DNA of 64,000 bases. It comes from an uncultured delta proteobacterium. Its GTDB lineage: Bacteria > Myxococcota > Myxococcia > Myxococcales > Anaeromyxobacteraceae. Shown here in pieces: positions 11,830 through 21,537 of the stretch. The translations under genes were made by a program, and so were the position numbers. The stretch spans positions 96,001 through 160,000 of the forward strand of contig CAWFDF010000012.1 in NCBI GenBank assembly GCA_963814585.1, read 5' to 3'. Numbering within the stretch: the first letter of the stretch is position 1; every line of letters starts with the position of its first letter. The notes beneath the pieces were generated by a model that saw nothing but the letters and a program-made list of their open reading frames with translations, had not been told where the DNA came from and did no database searches.

Positions 11830-12795
11830 CTAGCCTCCTTCCCGGGGCGGGGTCCCCGGGTCGCCGGCCTGCCAGGCCCGCTCCCGGGCCTCCTCGGCCG
11901 GGAAGCGCTCCGCCAGCAGGGCCGGCAGGTCCCCGGCCCCGGGCCCGGCCGCGAACGGCCGCAGCGCCTCGGCCAGCTCCCCGGCGCCGGCGAAGCGCTG
12001 GGCCGGCTCACGAGCCAGGGCTCGCAGCACCACCTCGTCGAGCGCCTTCGGCACGCCGGGGTTCACCCGCGAGGGGGCGCCCACGTCGGCGGTCCGCACC
12101 CGCTCCAGCACGGCCAGGTCGGACGGCCCGCGGAAGAGCCGCTCCCCGGTGAGCGCCTCGTGGAGCACGGCGCCGAGCGAAAAGACGTCGGCCCTCCGAT
12201 CGACCGGGAGGCCGCGCACCTGCTCCGGCGAGAGGTAGCCGAACTTGCCTCGCAGCGCCGTCCCCTCGCGGCGGGCGCGGAAGGCGGCGCTGGCCACGCC
12301 GAAGTCGATGACGTGGACGCCGCCGTCGAAGCCGAGCAGCACGTTGGCGGGCGAAAGGTCCCGGTGCACCACCTGGAGCGGCGTGCCGTCCTGCGCCCGG
12401 CCGCGGTGGGCATGGTCGAGCGCCTCGGCCACCCGGAGCCCGATCCCGCAGGTGATCGTCACGGGGAGCCGCTGCCCCAGCCGACGCTGCTGGCCGAGCA
12501 GGGCGCGCAGGTCCACCCCGGGGACGTAGTCCATGGCCAGGTAGTAACCGCCCGGCTCCCGCCCCAGGTCGTGGACCGGCACGATGCCCGGGTGGTCGAG
12601 CTGGGCCCCGATGCGCGCCTCGTCGAGGAACAGGGTGACGAAGGCCGGGTCGTCGGCCAGGGTGGGGAGGAGCCGCTTCACCACCAGCCGCCGGCGGGGA
12701 GCCTCCGGCCGCACCGCCAGCCAGATCTCCGCCATGCCGCCGACGGCGATCCGCTCCAGCAGCAGGTACTTGCCGAACGAGGTGGGTTCTCGCAT
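11830..12795 (-). CDS. Hanks-type Ser/Thr protein kinase (cytoplasmic)
   Basis: GGMAEIW, VVKR, HRDLSPAN, IDFG, YLSPEQ, DVFSLG. Confidence 0.92.
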   Translation of the reverse strand: MREPTSFGKYLLLERIAVGGMAEIWLAVRPEAPRRRLVVKRLLPTLADDPAFVTLFLDEARIGAQLDHPGIVPVHDLGREPGGYYLAMDYVPGVDLRALLGQQRRLGQRLPVTITCGIGLRVAEALDHAHRGRAQDGTPLQVVHRDLSPANVLLGFDGGVHVIDFGVASAAFRARREGTALRGKFGYLSPEQVRGLPVDRRADVFSLGAVLHEALTGERLFRGPSDLAVLERVRTADVGAPSRVNPGVPKALDEVVLRALAREPAQRFAGAGELAEALRPFAAGPGAGDLPALLAERFPAEEARERAWQAGDPGTPPREGG

Positions 12796-12830
12796 TGCCG
12801 CCGGCGCCCCGGCCGATTCATGATACCGCC

Positions 12831-13175
12831 ATGGCCACCTCCTGCTACGGCTGCGGCGCCACCCTCGCCTTCGACGGCCCGATCGGGCGCCGCACCACCT
12901 GCCCCGAGTGCGACGCCGATCTCCACCGCTGCATCAACTGCCGCCACCACGACGAGTCGGCCGGGAACGAATGCCGCGAGCCGCACGCCGACCGGATCGT
13001 CGACAAGCTCGCCTCCAACCCGTGCGACCTGTTCCAGCTCGGCGACGGCGCGCCCCGGCGGCGCAAGTCCTCCCGCCAGGCCAAGGACGCGCTGCGGGCC
13101 CTGTTCGGGGAGGCCCCGGCCAGCGGCGACGACGACCCGCGCGACGCGCTGGACGCGCTGTTCCGGAAGAAGTGA
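12831..13175 (+). CDS. Small Cys-rich (zinc-ribbon-like) hypothetical protein
   Basis: CYGC, CPEC, CINC plus two more Cys; typical coding codon bias. Confidence 0.7.
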   Translation: MATSCYGCGATLAFDGPIGRRTTCPECDADLHRCINCRHHDESAGNECREPHADRIVDKLASNPCDLFQLGDGAPRRRKSSRQAKDALRALFGEAPASGDDDPRDALDALFRKK

Positions 13176-13202
13176 GCCCCGTCGCGTGTTAAGGACATCA
13201 CC

Positions 13203-13955
13203 ATGCCCTTCGAGCCCAAGCCCCGGACCCGCCCGCCGTTCCCCATCACGGTCACCGCCCAGCCCCCGGCCTACGCCACCGGCGCCACCGGCGCGGTGGA
13301 CGCCGAGCGCGCCTTCATCGGTGCGGTCTACCGGTGGATGGCGCTCGGCCTGCTGACCACGGCCGGCGTCGCCTTCGGTGTCGCCACCACCCCGACGCTG
13401 CTGGAGGTGGTGGTCACCAACCGCTGGGTATTCTACGGGCTCATGATCGCCCAGTTCGGGGTAGTCATCGCGCTCTCGGCGATGCTGCCGCGCCTCTCCC
13501 GCGCCGCCGCGGGCGGCCTCTTCCTGCTCTACTCGGCGCTGACCGGCATGACCTTCTCGGTCCTGCTGCTCGTCTACACCGGCGACTCGGTGGCGCTGGC
13601 CTTCGGGATCACCGCCGGCACCTTCGCCGCCATGAGCGTCTACGGCACCGTGACCCGGCGCGACCTGACCAGCTGGAGCTCGTTCCTGATGATGGGACTC
13701 TTCGGCGTGGTCATCGCCGGGCTCGTCAACGTGTTCCTGCAGAGCTCGGCCATGCAGTTCGTCCTCTCCTGCGCCGCGGTGGTGGTCTTCACCGGCCTGA
13801 CCGCCTACGACACCCAGAAGCTCCGCGCCTACGCCCGGGCTGGCGGCGCCACCACGGCCGGCGCCCCGATCTCCGGCGCGCTCTCCCTCTACCTCGACTT
13901 CATCAACCTGTTCCTGGCGGTGCTCCAGCTGCTGGGTGGGCGTCGCCGGGACTGA
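13203..13955 (+). CDS. Bax inhibitor-1 / YccA family membrane protein
   Basis: About 7 TM helices; LTAYDTQK, GALSLYLDFINLF. Confidence 0.93.
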   Translation: MPFEPKPRTRPPFPITVTAQPPAYATGATGAVDAERAFIGAVYRWMALGLLTTAGVAFGVATTPTLLEVVVTNRWVFYGLMIAQFGVVIALSAMLPRLSRAAAGGLFLLYSALTGMTFSVLLLVYTGDSVALAFGITAGTFAAMSVYGTVTRRDLTSWSSFLMMGLFGVVIAGLVNVFLQSSAMQFVLSCAAVVVFTGLTAYDTQKLRAYARAGGATTAGAPISGALSLYLDFINLFLAVLQLLGGRRRD

Positions 13956-14032
13956 GCCCCCGCGGGGCACCCGGGTCCGCGTCGCCGCCCGCCCGTGCTG
14001 CGAGCCGGGCCGGGCGAGGGTGGGCCAGGACC

Positions 14033-14557
14033 CTACCCCCCGTCGGATCCGGGCTCGTCGGCCTCGCCCTCCTCGAGGTCGGGCCCGGGCGGCAGGCCGG
14101 CCAGGGCCTTCTTGATGTACGCCTGGTGCTGCAGCTCCTCGGCCTTGAGCTCCTCGAAGATCGCCCTCACCCGCGGATCCTTGACGTGCTGGAGGGCCCC
14201 AGCGAAGAAGTCATGGGCCTTCTCCTCGGACTCGAGCGCCACGCTGAAGGCCTGCCTGGGCCCCATGAAGACTCGCGGCTTGCCGCGGTCGGGCGCCTCG
14301 ACGTCCTCGAACCAGGAGCGGTCCACCCGCCGGGGAGCGTCCTTGAAGAGCTCGCGCCGGCGCGCCACCAGCTCGGCGTGGTGCTTGGCCTCGCTCTCGG
14401 CCATGGTGCGGAAGACGTCCGACGCGTCACCCTGGTAGCGGCCTCCGACCAGCTTCTGGAACTCCCGGTAGCGCTCCTGGGCCTCCTCCTCGATGAGGAT
14501 GGCGAGGTCCAGGGCGTCCTGCGGACTCAGCGAGGCGAAGTCGATACTCCGGGTCAT
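14033..14557 (-). CDS. Ferritin-like / rubrerythrin-family diiron protein
   Basis: E..ExxH pairs (IEEEA/EAKH; SEEKA/ELQH). Confidence 0.85.
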   Translation of the reverse strand: MTRSIDFASLSPQDALDLAILIEEEAQERYREFQKLVGGRYQGDASDVFRTMAESEAKHHAELVARRRELFKDAPRRVDRSWFEDVEAPDRGKPRVFMGPRQAFSVALESEEKAHDFFAGALQHVKDPRVRAIFEELKAEELQHQAYIKKALAGLPPGPDLEEGEADEPGSDGG

Positions 14558-14768
14558 GGCCGTCCTTTCGGGTTGCAGTCCGACGATCCCGCTCGGGCGT
14601 CGGCTGATGTGAGATCCAAGTTGCGTCTAACGGCGTCCTGATGCCAGTCAAATGTTTCTCTCCAGGACGGTCCCAGCGGAACGTGCTGCACCGCGCCGTG
14701 ATTCGGTGCCACAATGGCCGGGCCGTCCGGCCGGCAGCGCCCCGAGCGGGTCCACCGGCGGCGACGCC

Positions 14769-16046
14769 ATGGCCCACCACCACTCGCGCTCCGTCTACGA
14801 CCGGCTCACCGAGCGACTCAACCGCTTCCCGCAGGGCGCACCCGCGTCGGAGCACCTCTTCCGCATCCTCTCCATCCTCTTCAGCGAGCGCGAGGCGGCG
14901 CTGGTGGCGGTGCTGCCCATCAAGCCGTTCTCGGTGGCCCGGGCCGCCGCCATCTGGAAGGTCGGCGAGGCCGAGGCCGGCGGCGTGCTCGACGCCCTCG
15001 CCTCGCGGGCGCTGCTGGTGGACATGGAGACTCCGGAGGGGCGGCAGTTCGTCCTGCCGCCGCCCATGGCCGGCTTCTTCGAGTTCTCGATGATGCGGGT
15101 GCGCGCCGACATCGACCAGGCGGCGCTGGCCGAGCTCTTCTACCAGTACCTCAACGTCGAGGAGGACTTCGTCCGCGCCCTCTTCGCCGGCGGCCAGACC
15201 CAGCTCGGGCGCGCCTTCGTCGCCGAGCCGGTCCTCTCGCCGGAGAACGCCCTCCACGTCCTCGGCTTCGAGCGGGCCACCGAGGTGGTCCGGACGGCGA
15301 CGCACCGGGGCATCAGCCGCTGCTACTGCCGCCACAAGATGGAGCACGTGGGCCGCGCCTGCGCCGCGCCGCAGGACATCTGCATGACCTTCAACACCTC
15401 GGCCCGCTCGCTCATCAAGCACGGCCACGCGCGGCCCATCGACGTGGCGGAGGGGCTCGACCTCCTGCAGCAGGCCCAGGAGCATGGCCTGGTCCAGTTC
15501 GGCGAGAACGTGCGCGAGTCGGTCAACTTCATCTGCAACTGCTGCGGCTGCTGCTGCGAGGCCATGATCGCGGCGCGGCGCTTCGCCGCCGCCCACCCCA
15601 TCCACACCACGCCCTTCCTGGCGGTGGTGGAGGAGGCCGCCTGCACCGGCTGCGAGCGGTGCGTGCGGGCCTGCCCGGTCGAGGCCCTCGCCGCGGTCTC
15701 GGCCAACGACCCGAGGCAGCCGAGGCGGACGGTGGCGCGGCTCGACGCCGAGCGCTGCCTCGGCTGCGGGGTCTGCGTACGGTCCTGCCGCCCCGCGGCG
15801 CTCCGCCTCGAGGCGCGACCCGAGCGGACGCTGACGCCGGTCAACGGCGCCCACCGGGCGGTCCTCATGGCCATCGAACGCGGGAAGCTCCAGGACCTCG
15901 TCTTCGACAACCGCCTGCTCTGGAGCCACCGCGCGCTGGCCACCTTCCTCGGCGCCGTCCTGAAGCTGCCGCCGGCCAGGCGGCTGCTCGCCTCCGAGCA
16001 GGTGCGCTCCCGCTACCTGGAGGCGCTGGTCCGCCGGCTCGCCTGA
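14769..16046 (+). CDS. 4Fe-4S dicluster domain protein
   Basis: CYCRH, ICNCCGCCC, CTGCERCVRACP, CLGCGVCVRSC. Confidence 0.88.
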   Translation: MAHHHSRSVYDRLTERLNRFPQGAPASEHLFRILSILFSEREAALVAVLPIKPFSVARAAAIWKVGEAEAGGVLDALASRALLVDMETPEGRQFVLPPPMAGFFEFSMMRVRADIDQAALAELFYQYLNVEEDFVRALFAGGQTQLGRAFVAEPVLSPENALHVLGFERATEVVRTATHRGISRCYCRHKMEHVGRACAAPQDICMTFNTSARSLIKHGHARPIDVAEGLDLLQQAQEHGLVQFGENVRESVNFICNCCGCCCEAMIAARRFAAAHPIHTTPFLAVVEEAACTGCERCVRACPVEALAAVSANDPRQPRRTVARLDAERCLGCGVCVRSCRPAALRLEARPERTLTPVNGAHRAVLMAIERGKLQDLVFDNRLLWSHRALATFLGAVLKLPPARRLLASEQVRSRYLEALVRRLA

Positions 16047-16056
16047 CCCGGCTTCC

Positions 16057-17556
16057 TCAGCCGTGCAGCTGGTAGGCCGTGACCAGGCTCTGCTGCAGCC
16101 GGTCCGCCTGGCGCAGGGCCTCCCGGAGCACCTTCCGGTCGAGCTCGTTGAGCTCGCGCGGGAAGATGCGGTTCGGCCCCAGCTCCGGGCGCCGCGGGCC
16201 GATCTGGTTTCGCAGCCGCAGCATGTGGAGGAAGTGGAAGGCGTCGACCAGGCCGCCCACCCGCTCGGCGCCGAAGAAGCCGAGCTCGGCCACGGCCCTG
16301 AGCCGCTCCGCCGTGCTGGTGTGCGGGACTCGCCACGCCAGCCCGAGGACGCGGGCCGCGTCCGTGAACAGCCGCGACCCCGTCAGCTTGAGATCGATGG
16401 AGCGCCGGGGCGCCGAGGTCCCGTCGGAGCTGAAGCCGCCGAAGAGACCGAGGGGCGGCCGGACCCCCAGGGCGGTCTCCGCCAGCACCCGCAGGAAGAC
16501 GGTGCGCTCCGCGACCTTGGACAGCACCCACTCCCGCAGCCGCTCTGCCAGGGCGAACTGGCCGTAGACCGGGCGGAAGTCGAGGAAGGTGCAGGCGTGC
16601 ACCAGGGCGTCGGGCTCGGGCACCTCGATCCAGCCCGAGAAGGCGCCCCGCCACTCCGCCGGCGTCAGGCACCAGCGCGGGTTCCCGGCCATGTAGTTCC
16701 CCGTGCAGAGCGGGAAGCCGCAGGCGTCGAGCTTCTGGTTCACGGCCCTGGCGAACGAGACGAAGGCCTGGCGCAGGCCCTCGGCGTCGCCCTCGGGGGC
16801 ATCGAAGATGATGGCGTTGTCCTGGTCGGTGCTGAAGGTCTGCTCCATGCGCCCCTCGGCGCCGAGGGCCAGCCAGCACCACGGGACGCCTGGCAGGTCC
16901 TGCTCGTCGGCGGTGGTCTCGAGGACGCGGATGGTGAGCAGGTCGTTCAGGGTGGTGACGAAGTGGATGATGGTCTCGGTGCTGGTGCCCTGGGCGAGCA
17001 GGCCGTCGGCCAGCGCGCGGATGCCGGCCGCGGCCGCCTGGAGCCCGTCCAGCTCCCGGGCGCCCTGGATCTGCTCGCTCACCCGATCGACGCCGACCCG
17101 CTGCAGCCCGAACAGCTCGTCACGCGACACCAGCCCGAAGAGGTGGCCCGCGGCGTCCACCACCACCAGGTGGCGCTCCCCGAGCCTCGCCATGGTGAGG
17201 GCCGCCTGGTGGGCCGTGGTGCCGGGAGCGAGCATGACCAGGCCGCTGGTCATGACGCCGGCGACGGGCTGGGCCAGGTCCTCCCCCGGCAGCACCACCC
17301 GCTGCACCAGGTCGCGGGTGGTGAAGATCCCGAGCGGCAACCTCGACTCCGGCTCGGTCACCACCACCGCATCGACGTGCTGCCGTTCCATGGCCTCCAG
17401 GGTCTCCCGGACGGTGGCCTGGAGCGGCACGGTGGCCGGCGCGCGGCGCACGATGGCCGAGAGGGGGCTGTACATGGTGAGCGCCGTCCGCCGCCAGCCG
17501 GCCGTCCCGGTGGGCACGGCGTCACCGCCGCTCGAGGGCATGGGGTCTCCCTTCAC
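16057..17556 (-). CDS. CBS-pair plus DUF294 nucleotidyltransferase-like protein
   Basis: Two CBS domains; LGAEGRMEQTFSTDQDNA, CTGNYMAGNPRW, IDLK; GTGA overlap with upstream RR. Confidence 0.88.
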   Translation of the reverse strand: MKGDPMPSSGGDAVPTGTAGWRRTALTMYSPLSAIVRRAPATVPLQATVRETLEAMERQHVDAVVVTEPESRLPLGIFTTRDLVQRVVLPGEDLAQPVAGVMTSGLVMLAPGTTAHQAALTMARLGERHLVVVDAAGHLFGLVSRDELFGLQRVGVDRVSEQIQGARELDGLQAAAAGIRALADGLLAQGTSTETIIHFVTTLNDLLTIRVLETTADEQDLPGVPWCWLALGAEGRMEQTFSTDQDNAIIFDAPEGDAEGLRQAFVSFARAVNQKLDACGFPLCTGNYMAGNPRWCLTPAEWRGAFSGWIEVPEPDALVHACTFLDFRPVYGQFALAERLREWVLSKVAERTVFLRVLAETALGVRPPLGLFGGFSSDGTSAPRRSIDLKLTGSRLFTDAARVLGLAWRVPHTSTAERLRAVAELGFFGAERVGGLVDAFHFLHMLRLRNQIGPRRPELGPNRIFPRELNELDRKVLREALRQADRLQQSLVTAYQLHG

Positions 17557-17921
17557 GGCGCGAGCAGCCGCCGGATCTCGGCGATCAGCTCCTTGGTGGA
17601 GAACGGCTTGCTGACGTAGGCATCGGCGCCCAGCTGGAGACCCCGCGCCCGCTCGGTCTCCCGTCCCCTCGCCGTGAGCATGATCACGCGCACCCGGCTC
17701 CAGCGCGGCTCGGCGCGGATGCGCTGGCAGACGTCGAAGCCGTTCAGCTTCGGCATCATGACGTCGAGGAGGACCAGGTCGGCCGGCCGCTCGGCCAGGG
17801 CGGCCAGGGCCGCCTCGCCGTCACCGGCCACCTCCACCTCGAAGCCCTCCCGGCGAAGCAGGAACTCCAGCGAGAGGACGATGTTGGGCTCGTCGTCGAC
17901 GATGAGGATTCGGCTGGCCAT
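17553..17921 (-). CDS. Single-domain response regulator
   Basis: ILIVDDE, LLDVMMP, MLTA, KPFS; AGGAG SD; no output domain. Confidence 0.9.
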   Translation of the reverse strand: MASRILIVDDEPNIVLSLEFLLRREGFEVEVAGDGEAALAALAERPADLVLLDVMMPKLNGFDVCQRIRAEPRWSRVRVIMLTARGRETERARGLQLGADAYVSKPFSTKELIAEIRRLLAP

Positions 17922-17932
17922 GATGCTCCTTT

Positions 17933-20704
17933 CTACTCGATTCCCGGCGCCTCGTTCCCGGCGGCCGCCCGGTCCGGCTCGACGGGGAGGACGAAGGAGA
18001 AGGTGGCCCCCTGGCCCGGCTCGCTCTCCACCCAGAGCCGGCCGCCGAAGTGCTCGATGATCCCCCGGCTGATGGGCAGCCCGAGGCCGGTGCCGCGCGG
18101 CTTGCCGGTGAGGGTGTCGCCCACCTGGCGGAACTTCTCGAAGATGATCTCGTGGTCGGCCCGATCGATGCCAGGCCCGTCGTCCTTCACGTCCAGGCGG
18201 GCCAGCCCGTCGCTGGACGCCAGCCGGATCTCGACCCGACCGGTCCCCGGCGAGCAGAACTTCACGGCGTTGGAGAGGAGGTTGATGAGGACCTGCATGA
18301 GCCGGTCGCGATCGGCCCGCACTCGCGGCGCCGGCCCGGAGAGCGAGACGGTCAGGGCCACCCCGGCCTCGCGGAAGAGCTGGCCGGTGGCCTCCGCCGC
18401 CGCGCCGATGACCTCGTGCAGGTCGAGCACGTCGGCGCGCCACTCGGCCCGGCCCGACTCGATCTTGGCCATGTCGAGCATCTGGTTGATGAGCCGGGTC
18501 AGGCGCTCGGTCTCCTTGACGATGATGGAGAGGAAGCGCGTCCGCTCGGCCAGGTTGGTGCGCGGATCCTCCAGCAGGATCTCGGAGAAGGCCCGGATGG
18601 AGGTGAGGGGCGTGCGCAGCTCATGGGTCACGGTGGAGACGAAGTCGTCCTTCATCCGGTCGAGCTCCTGGAGCCGATCGTTGGCGGCCCGCAGCTCGGC
18701 GGTGGCCGCCTCCAGCTGGCGCGACTTCTCCTCCAGCTCGTGGCTGTGGGCTCGCACGTGCGAGGCCTCGTCGAGGATGTCCATCACCTCGTCCAGCCCC
18801 GGCGGCTCCTCCTGCACCACCGACGCCACCACCACCCGCGCCGAGGCGCTCCCGATGGCTCCGGCCAGCTGGGTCTCGGCGAAGTCGACCAGCCCGGCGT
18901 CGGCCGGCAGCGCCTCCGGCGACGAGGCGCCGCGCCGCCGGGCGTAGGCGGCGAAGGCCTCGCGAGTCCGCTCCGGCCCGAGGAAGCGGCCCAGCAGGGG
19001 GAGCAGCTCCTGCGCCGAGGCGCTGCCGCGCCGTCGCCGGGAGCGGTCCGGCCCCTCGCCGCGGTGGCGGGCGTCGATGAAGAGGGCGGCCTGCGTGGTC
19101 TCGGCGTCACTCGGTCGCCCCGCCAGCGAGACCCCCACGTACATCGCCACGTTGGCGAGCATGCTCCAGAGCACGCCGTGCGTGATGGCGTCCATCCCGG
19201 AGAGCCCGAAGAGCTGCTGCGGGCGGAGCAGGTCCATCCCGAACGGCCCGTCGGTGAGGAAGCTGGCCGGGAGCCAGCCCGACCTGGCGAAGCTGGGCAG
19301 GAGCAGCGTGTAGGTCCAGACCGCGAAGCCGGCCACCAGGCCCGCGGCGGCGCCGGAGCGCGTGGCCCCGCTCCAGGAGAGGCCCCCCAGGATCGCGGGC
19401 GCGAACTGCGCGACGGCCGCGAAGGAGATGAGGCCGATGGCCACCAGGGCGTCGGCCTCCCCGGCGAGGCGGAAGTAGACGTAGGCGAGCAGCAGGATGG
19501 CGGCGATGGCCAGCCGCCGGATGCCGAGCAGGAGGCGGTACAGGTCCTGGCGCTCGCCGAGGCGCAGCCCAGGGAGCCGCAGCAGCACCGGCATGACCAG
19601 GTCGTTGCAGACCATGGTGGAGAGCGCGATGGTCTCCACGATCACCATGCCGGCGCCCGCGGAGAGCCCGCCGATGTAGGCCAGCAGCGCCAGGCCCTCG
19701 GCCCGCTCGGCCATGGGCACGGTGAGCACGAAGGTGTCGGCGTCCACGCCCCCCGCCGGGAAGCGCAGCAGGCCGCCCAGCGCGACCGGCAGCACGAAGA
19801 CGTTGATGAGGAGCAGGTAGAGCGGGAAGAGCCAGATGGCCTTGCCGACGTGGTCCTCGTCGACGTTCTCGACCACCGAGATCTGGAACTGGCGGGGCAG
19901 GAGGATGACCGAGAGCATCGAGAGGAAGGTGAGCGAGGCCCAGCCCCCGTAGCCGCCGCCGCCGCCGGGGGCGGCCAGGAGCGGCGCCAGGCGCGGCGCC
20001 TGGGCGGCTCGCCGGAAGATGTCGGCGAAGCCATCGAAGACGCCGAAGGTCACGAAGGCACCGACCGCCAGGAAGGCCACCAGCTTGACCAGCGACTCGA
20101 AGGCGATGGCGGCCACCATCCCCTCGTGGCGCTCGGTGGCGTCGAGGTGCCGGGTGCCGAAGAGCACGGTGAAGGCCGCCAGGGTGGCGGCGACGTAGAG
20201 GGCGCTGTCCTGCAGCACCGACCGGGCCACCGCGTTGGCCGGCATGACGATCTCCGGGAAGTGGAGCAGGATCGTGAAGCCGCTGGAGATGGCCTTGAGC
20301 TGGAGCGCGACGTAGGGGATGACGCCCACCACGGCGATGATGGTGACCAGCCCACCCAGCAGCTGGCTCTTGCCGTAGCGGGTGGCGACGAAGTCGGCGA
20401 TGGTGGTGATGCGCTGGGCCTTGCTGATGCGGATGATCTTCCGCATCACGAACCACCAGAGCGCCACCATCAGGGTCGGCCCGAGGTAGACGGGGAGGAA
20501 GCCGATGCCGCTGGTGGCGGCCCGTCCCACGCTGCCGTAGTAGGTCCAGGTGGTGCAGTAGACGGCCAGCGACAGCGCGTAGGTGTACGGGTTGGCGATG
20601 ACCGACCGGCCCGCCTCGGCGCGGCGATCGCCCCAGGAGGCGATGGCGAAGAGGACGCCGAGGTAGGCGAACGAGACGAGGACGATCACCCAGCCCTGCA
20701 GCAT
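17933..20704 (-). CDS. Na+/solute symporter-histidine kinase fusion (CrbS/CbrA-like)
   Basis: SLAVYCTTWTYYGSVG SLC5-type N-terminus; AIGSASAR STAC-like region; THELRTPL, NLLSNAVKF, GTGLGL. Confidence 0.92.
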   Translation of the reverse strand: MLQGWVIVLVSFAYLGVLFAIASWGDRRAEAGRSVIANPYTYALSLAVYCTTWTYYGSVGRAATSGIGFLPVYLGPTLMVALWWFVMRKIIRISKAQRITTIADFVATRYGKSQLLGGLVTIIAVVGVIPYVALQLKAISSGFTILLHFPEIVMPANAVARSVLQDSALYVAATLAAFTVLFGTRHLDATERHEGMVAAIAFESLVKLVAFLAVGAFVTFGVFDGFADIFRRAAQAPRLAPLLAAPGGGGGYGGWASLTFLSMLSVILLPRQFQISVVENVDEDHVGKAIWLFPLYLLLINVFVLPVALGGLLRFPAGGVDADTFVLTVPMAERAEGLALLAYIGGLSAGAGMVIVETIALSTMVCNDLVMPVLLRLPGLRLGERQDLYRLLLGIRRLAIAAILLLAYVYFRLAGEADALVAIGLISFAAVAQFAPAILGGLSWSGATRSGAAAGLVAGFAVWTYTLLLPSFARSGWLPASFLTDGPFGMDLLRPQQLFGLSGMDAITHGVLWSMLANVAMYVGVSLAGRPSDAETTQAALFIDARHRGEGPDRSRRRRGSASAQELLPLLGRFLGPERTREAFAAYARRRGASSPEALPADAGLVDFAETQLAGAIGSASARVVVASVVQEEPPGLDEVMDILDEASHVRAHSHELEEKSRQLEAATAELRAANDRLQELDRMKDDFVSTVTHELRTPLTSIRAFSEILLEDPRTNLAERTRFLSIIVKETERLTRLINQMLDMAKIESGRAEWRADVLDLHEVIGAAAEATGQLFREAGVALTVSLSGPAPRVRADRDRLMQVLINLLSNAVKFCSPGTGRVEIRLASSDGLARLDVKDDGPGIDRADHEIIFEKFRQVGDTLTGKPRGTGLGLPISRGIIEHFGGRLWVESEPGQGATFSFVLPVEPDRAAAGNEAPGIE

Positions 20705-20722
20705 GCCGACGCTCCCCGCCTC

Positions 20723-20901
20723 AGTGCCCCGACCCAGCCACGCTGCCCGCGGCGAGAGCCGATCCTCTCACCGCGGCAGGCGGCCTCGTCGCTCCCCTGC
20801 CCAGCGTCCCGCTGCCACGCCTCCGCCGCTCCCTCCCCGGGCGCCGGCCTCGCTTCGGTCTCGGCGCCCTCGTCACGTCTTCTCACCCGGGTCGGGGCGT
20901 T
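20723..20901. mobile_element. MITE-like repeat, copy 1 (179 bp, diverged)
   Basis: Gap-free alignment to 28552-28730; ends AGTGCCCCGACCC ... GGGTCGGGGCGTT. Confidence 0.8.
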
Positions 20902-21100
20902 CACCTCGCCGGCGCTCGACGACCCAGGCCATCAGGCCGACCAGGAGGAACCAGGCTCCGAACACGTAGCCGTAGAGCAGCGGAATCCCGGCCACCTCGA
21001 CGGGCCGGGCGAAGATGGCGAGGACCGGGAAGTTCAGCAGCACGGCGCCGAGGAGGAAGACGGCGGCCAGGCGGGTCCCGGTCAGGTCGGATGGCTTCAT
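20873..21100 (-). CDS. Small 2-TM membrane protein upstream of the symporter-kinase
   Basis: LLNFPVLAIF, GIPLLYGYVFGAW; small TM partners are usual upstream of SLC5 genes; stop lies inside the MITE. Confidence 0.8.
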   Translation of the reverse strand: MKPSDLTGTRLAAVFLLGAVLLNFPVLAIFARPVEVAGIPLLYGYVFGAWFLLVGLMAWVVERRRGERPDPGEKT

Positions 21101-21203
21101 GCTCGCTCACCGGGGGTGGTCCGGCGTGGGTAGCCTGCCCGCTCCACGCCTCGGACGAGAGGCCCCGGAAGGGGCCCGCGGCATCGGGGCGCGCCGGGCG
21201 CCG

Positions 21204-21536
21204 TCACCCTGGCCGCGCAGGATCCACGGCGGCCGCCAGCCACTCCAGGTAGGCCCCGGCGGCCGCCTCGACGGGGAGCGCCAGCACCTCGGGCACCTGG
21301 TAGGGGTGGCGCCTCAGGATCTCGTCGCGCAGCGCCGGGAACCGGTCGCGGGTGGTCTTGAGGACCAGCAGCACCTCCGGCTCGTCCTCGACCCGCCCCT
21401 GCCACCGGTAGATGGACCGTAGCCCCGGCACCACGTTGCCGCAGGCCGCCAGCCGGGCCTCGACCAGGGCGCGGGCGAGCCCCGCTGCCACCTCGGCGGT
21501 GGGGGCGGTGCAGAGCACGACCAGCGCGTCGGTCAC
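21204..21536 (-). CDS. cutA: Divalent-cation tolerance protein CutA
   Basis: LAACGN, SIYRWQG, HPYQVPE. Confidence 0.93.
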   Translation of the reverse strand: MTDALVVLCTAPTAEVAAGLARALVEARLAACGNVVPGLRSIYRWQGRVEDEPEVLLVLKTTRDRFPALRDEILRRHPYQVPEVLALPVEAAAGAYLEWLAAAVDPARPG

Positions 21537-21537
21537 G

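Noticed and set aside
11813..11833. CTAGGG-N9-CCCTAG palindrome joining two convergent stops, containing GGGTCGGGGC like the MITE end
   Set aside because: Too short and GC-rich to call a MITE scar; at most a small bidirectional hairpin
14033..14557. Encapsulin cargo protein
   Set aside because: No LxVGSL-type targeting peptide and no encapsulin gene nearby
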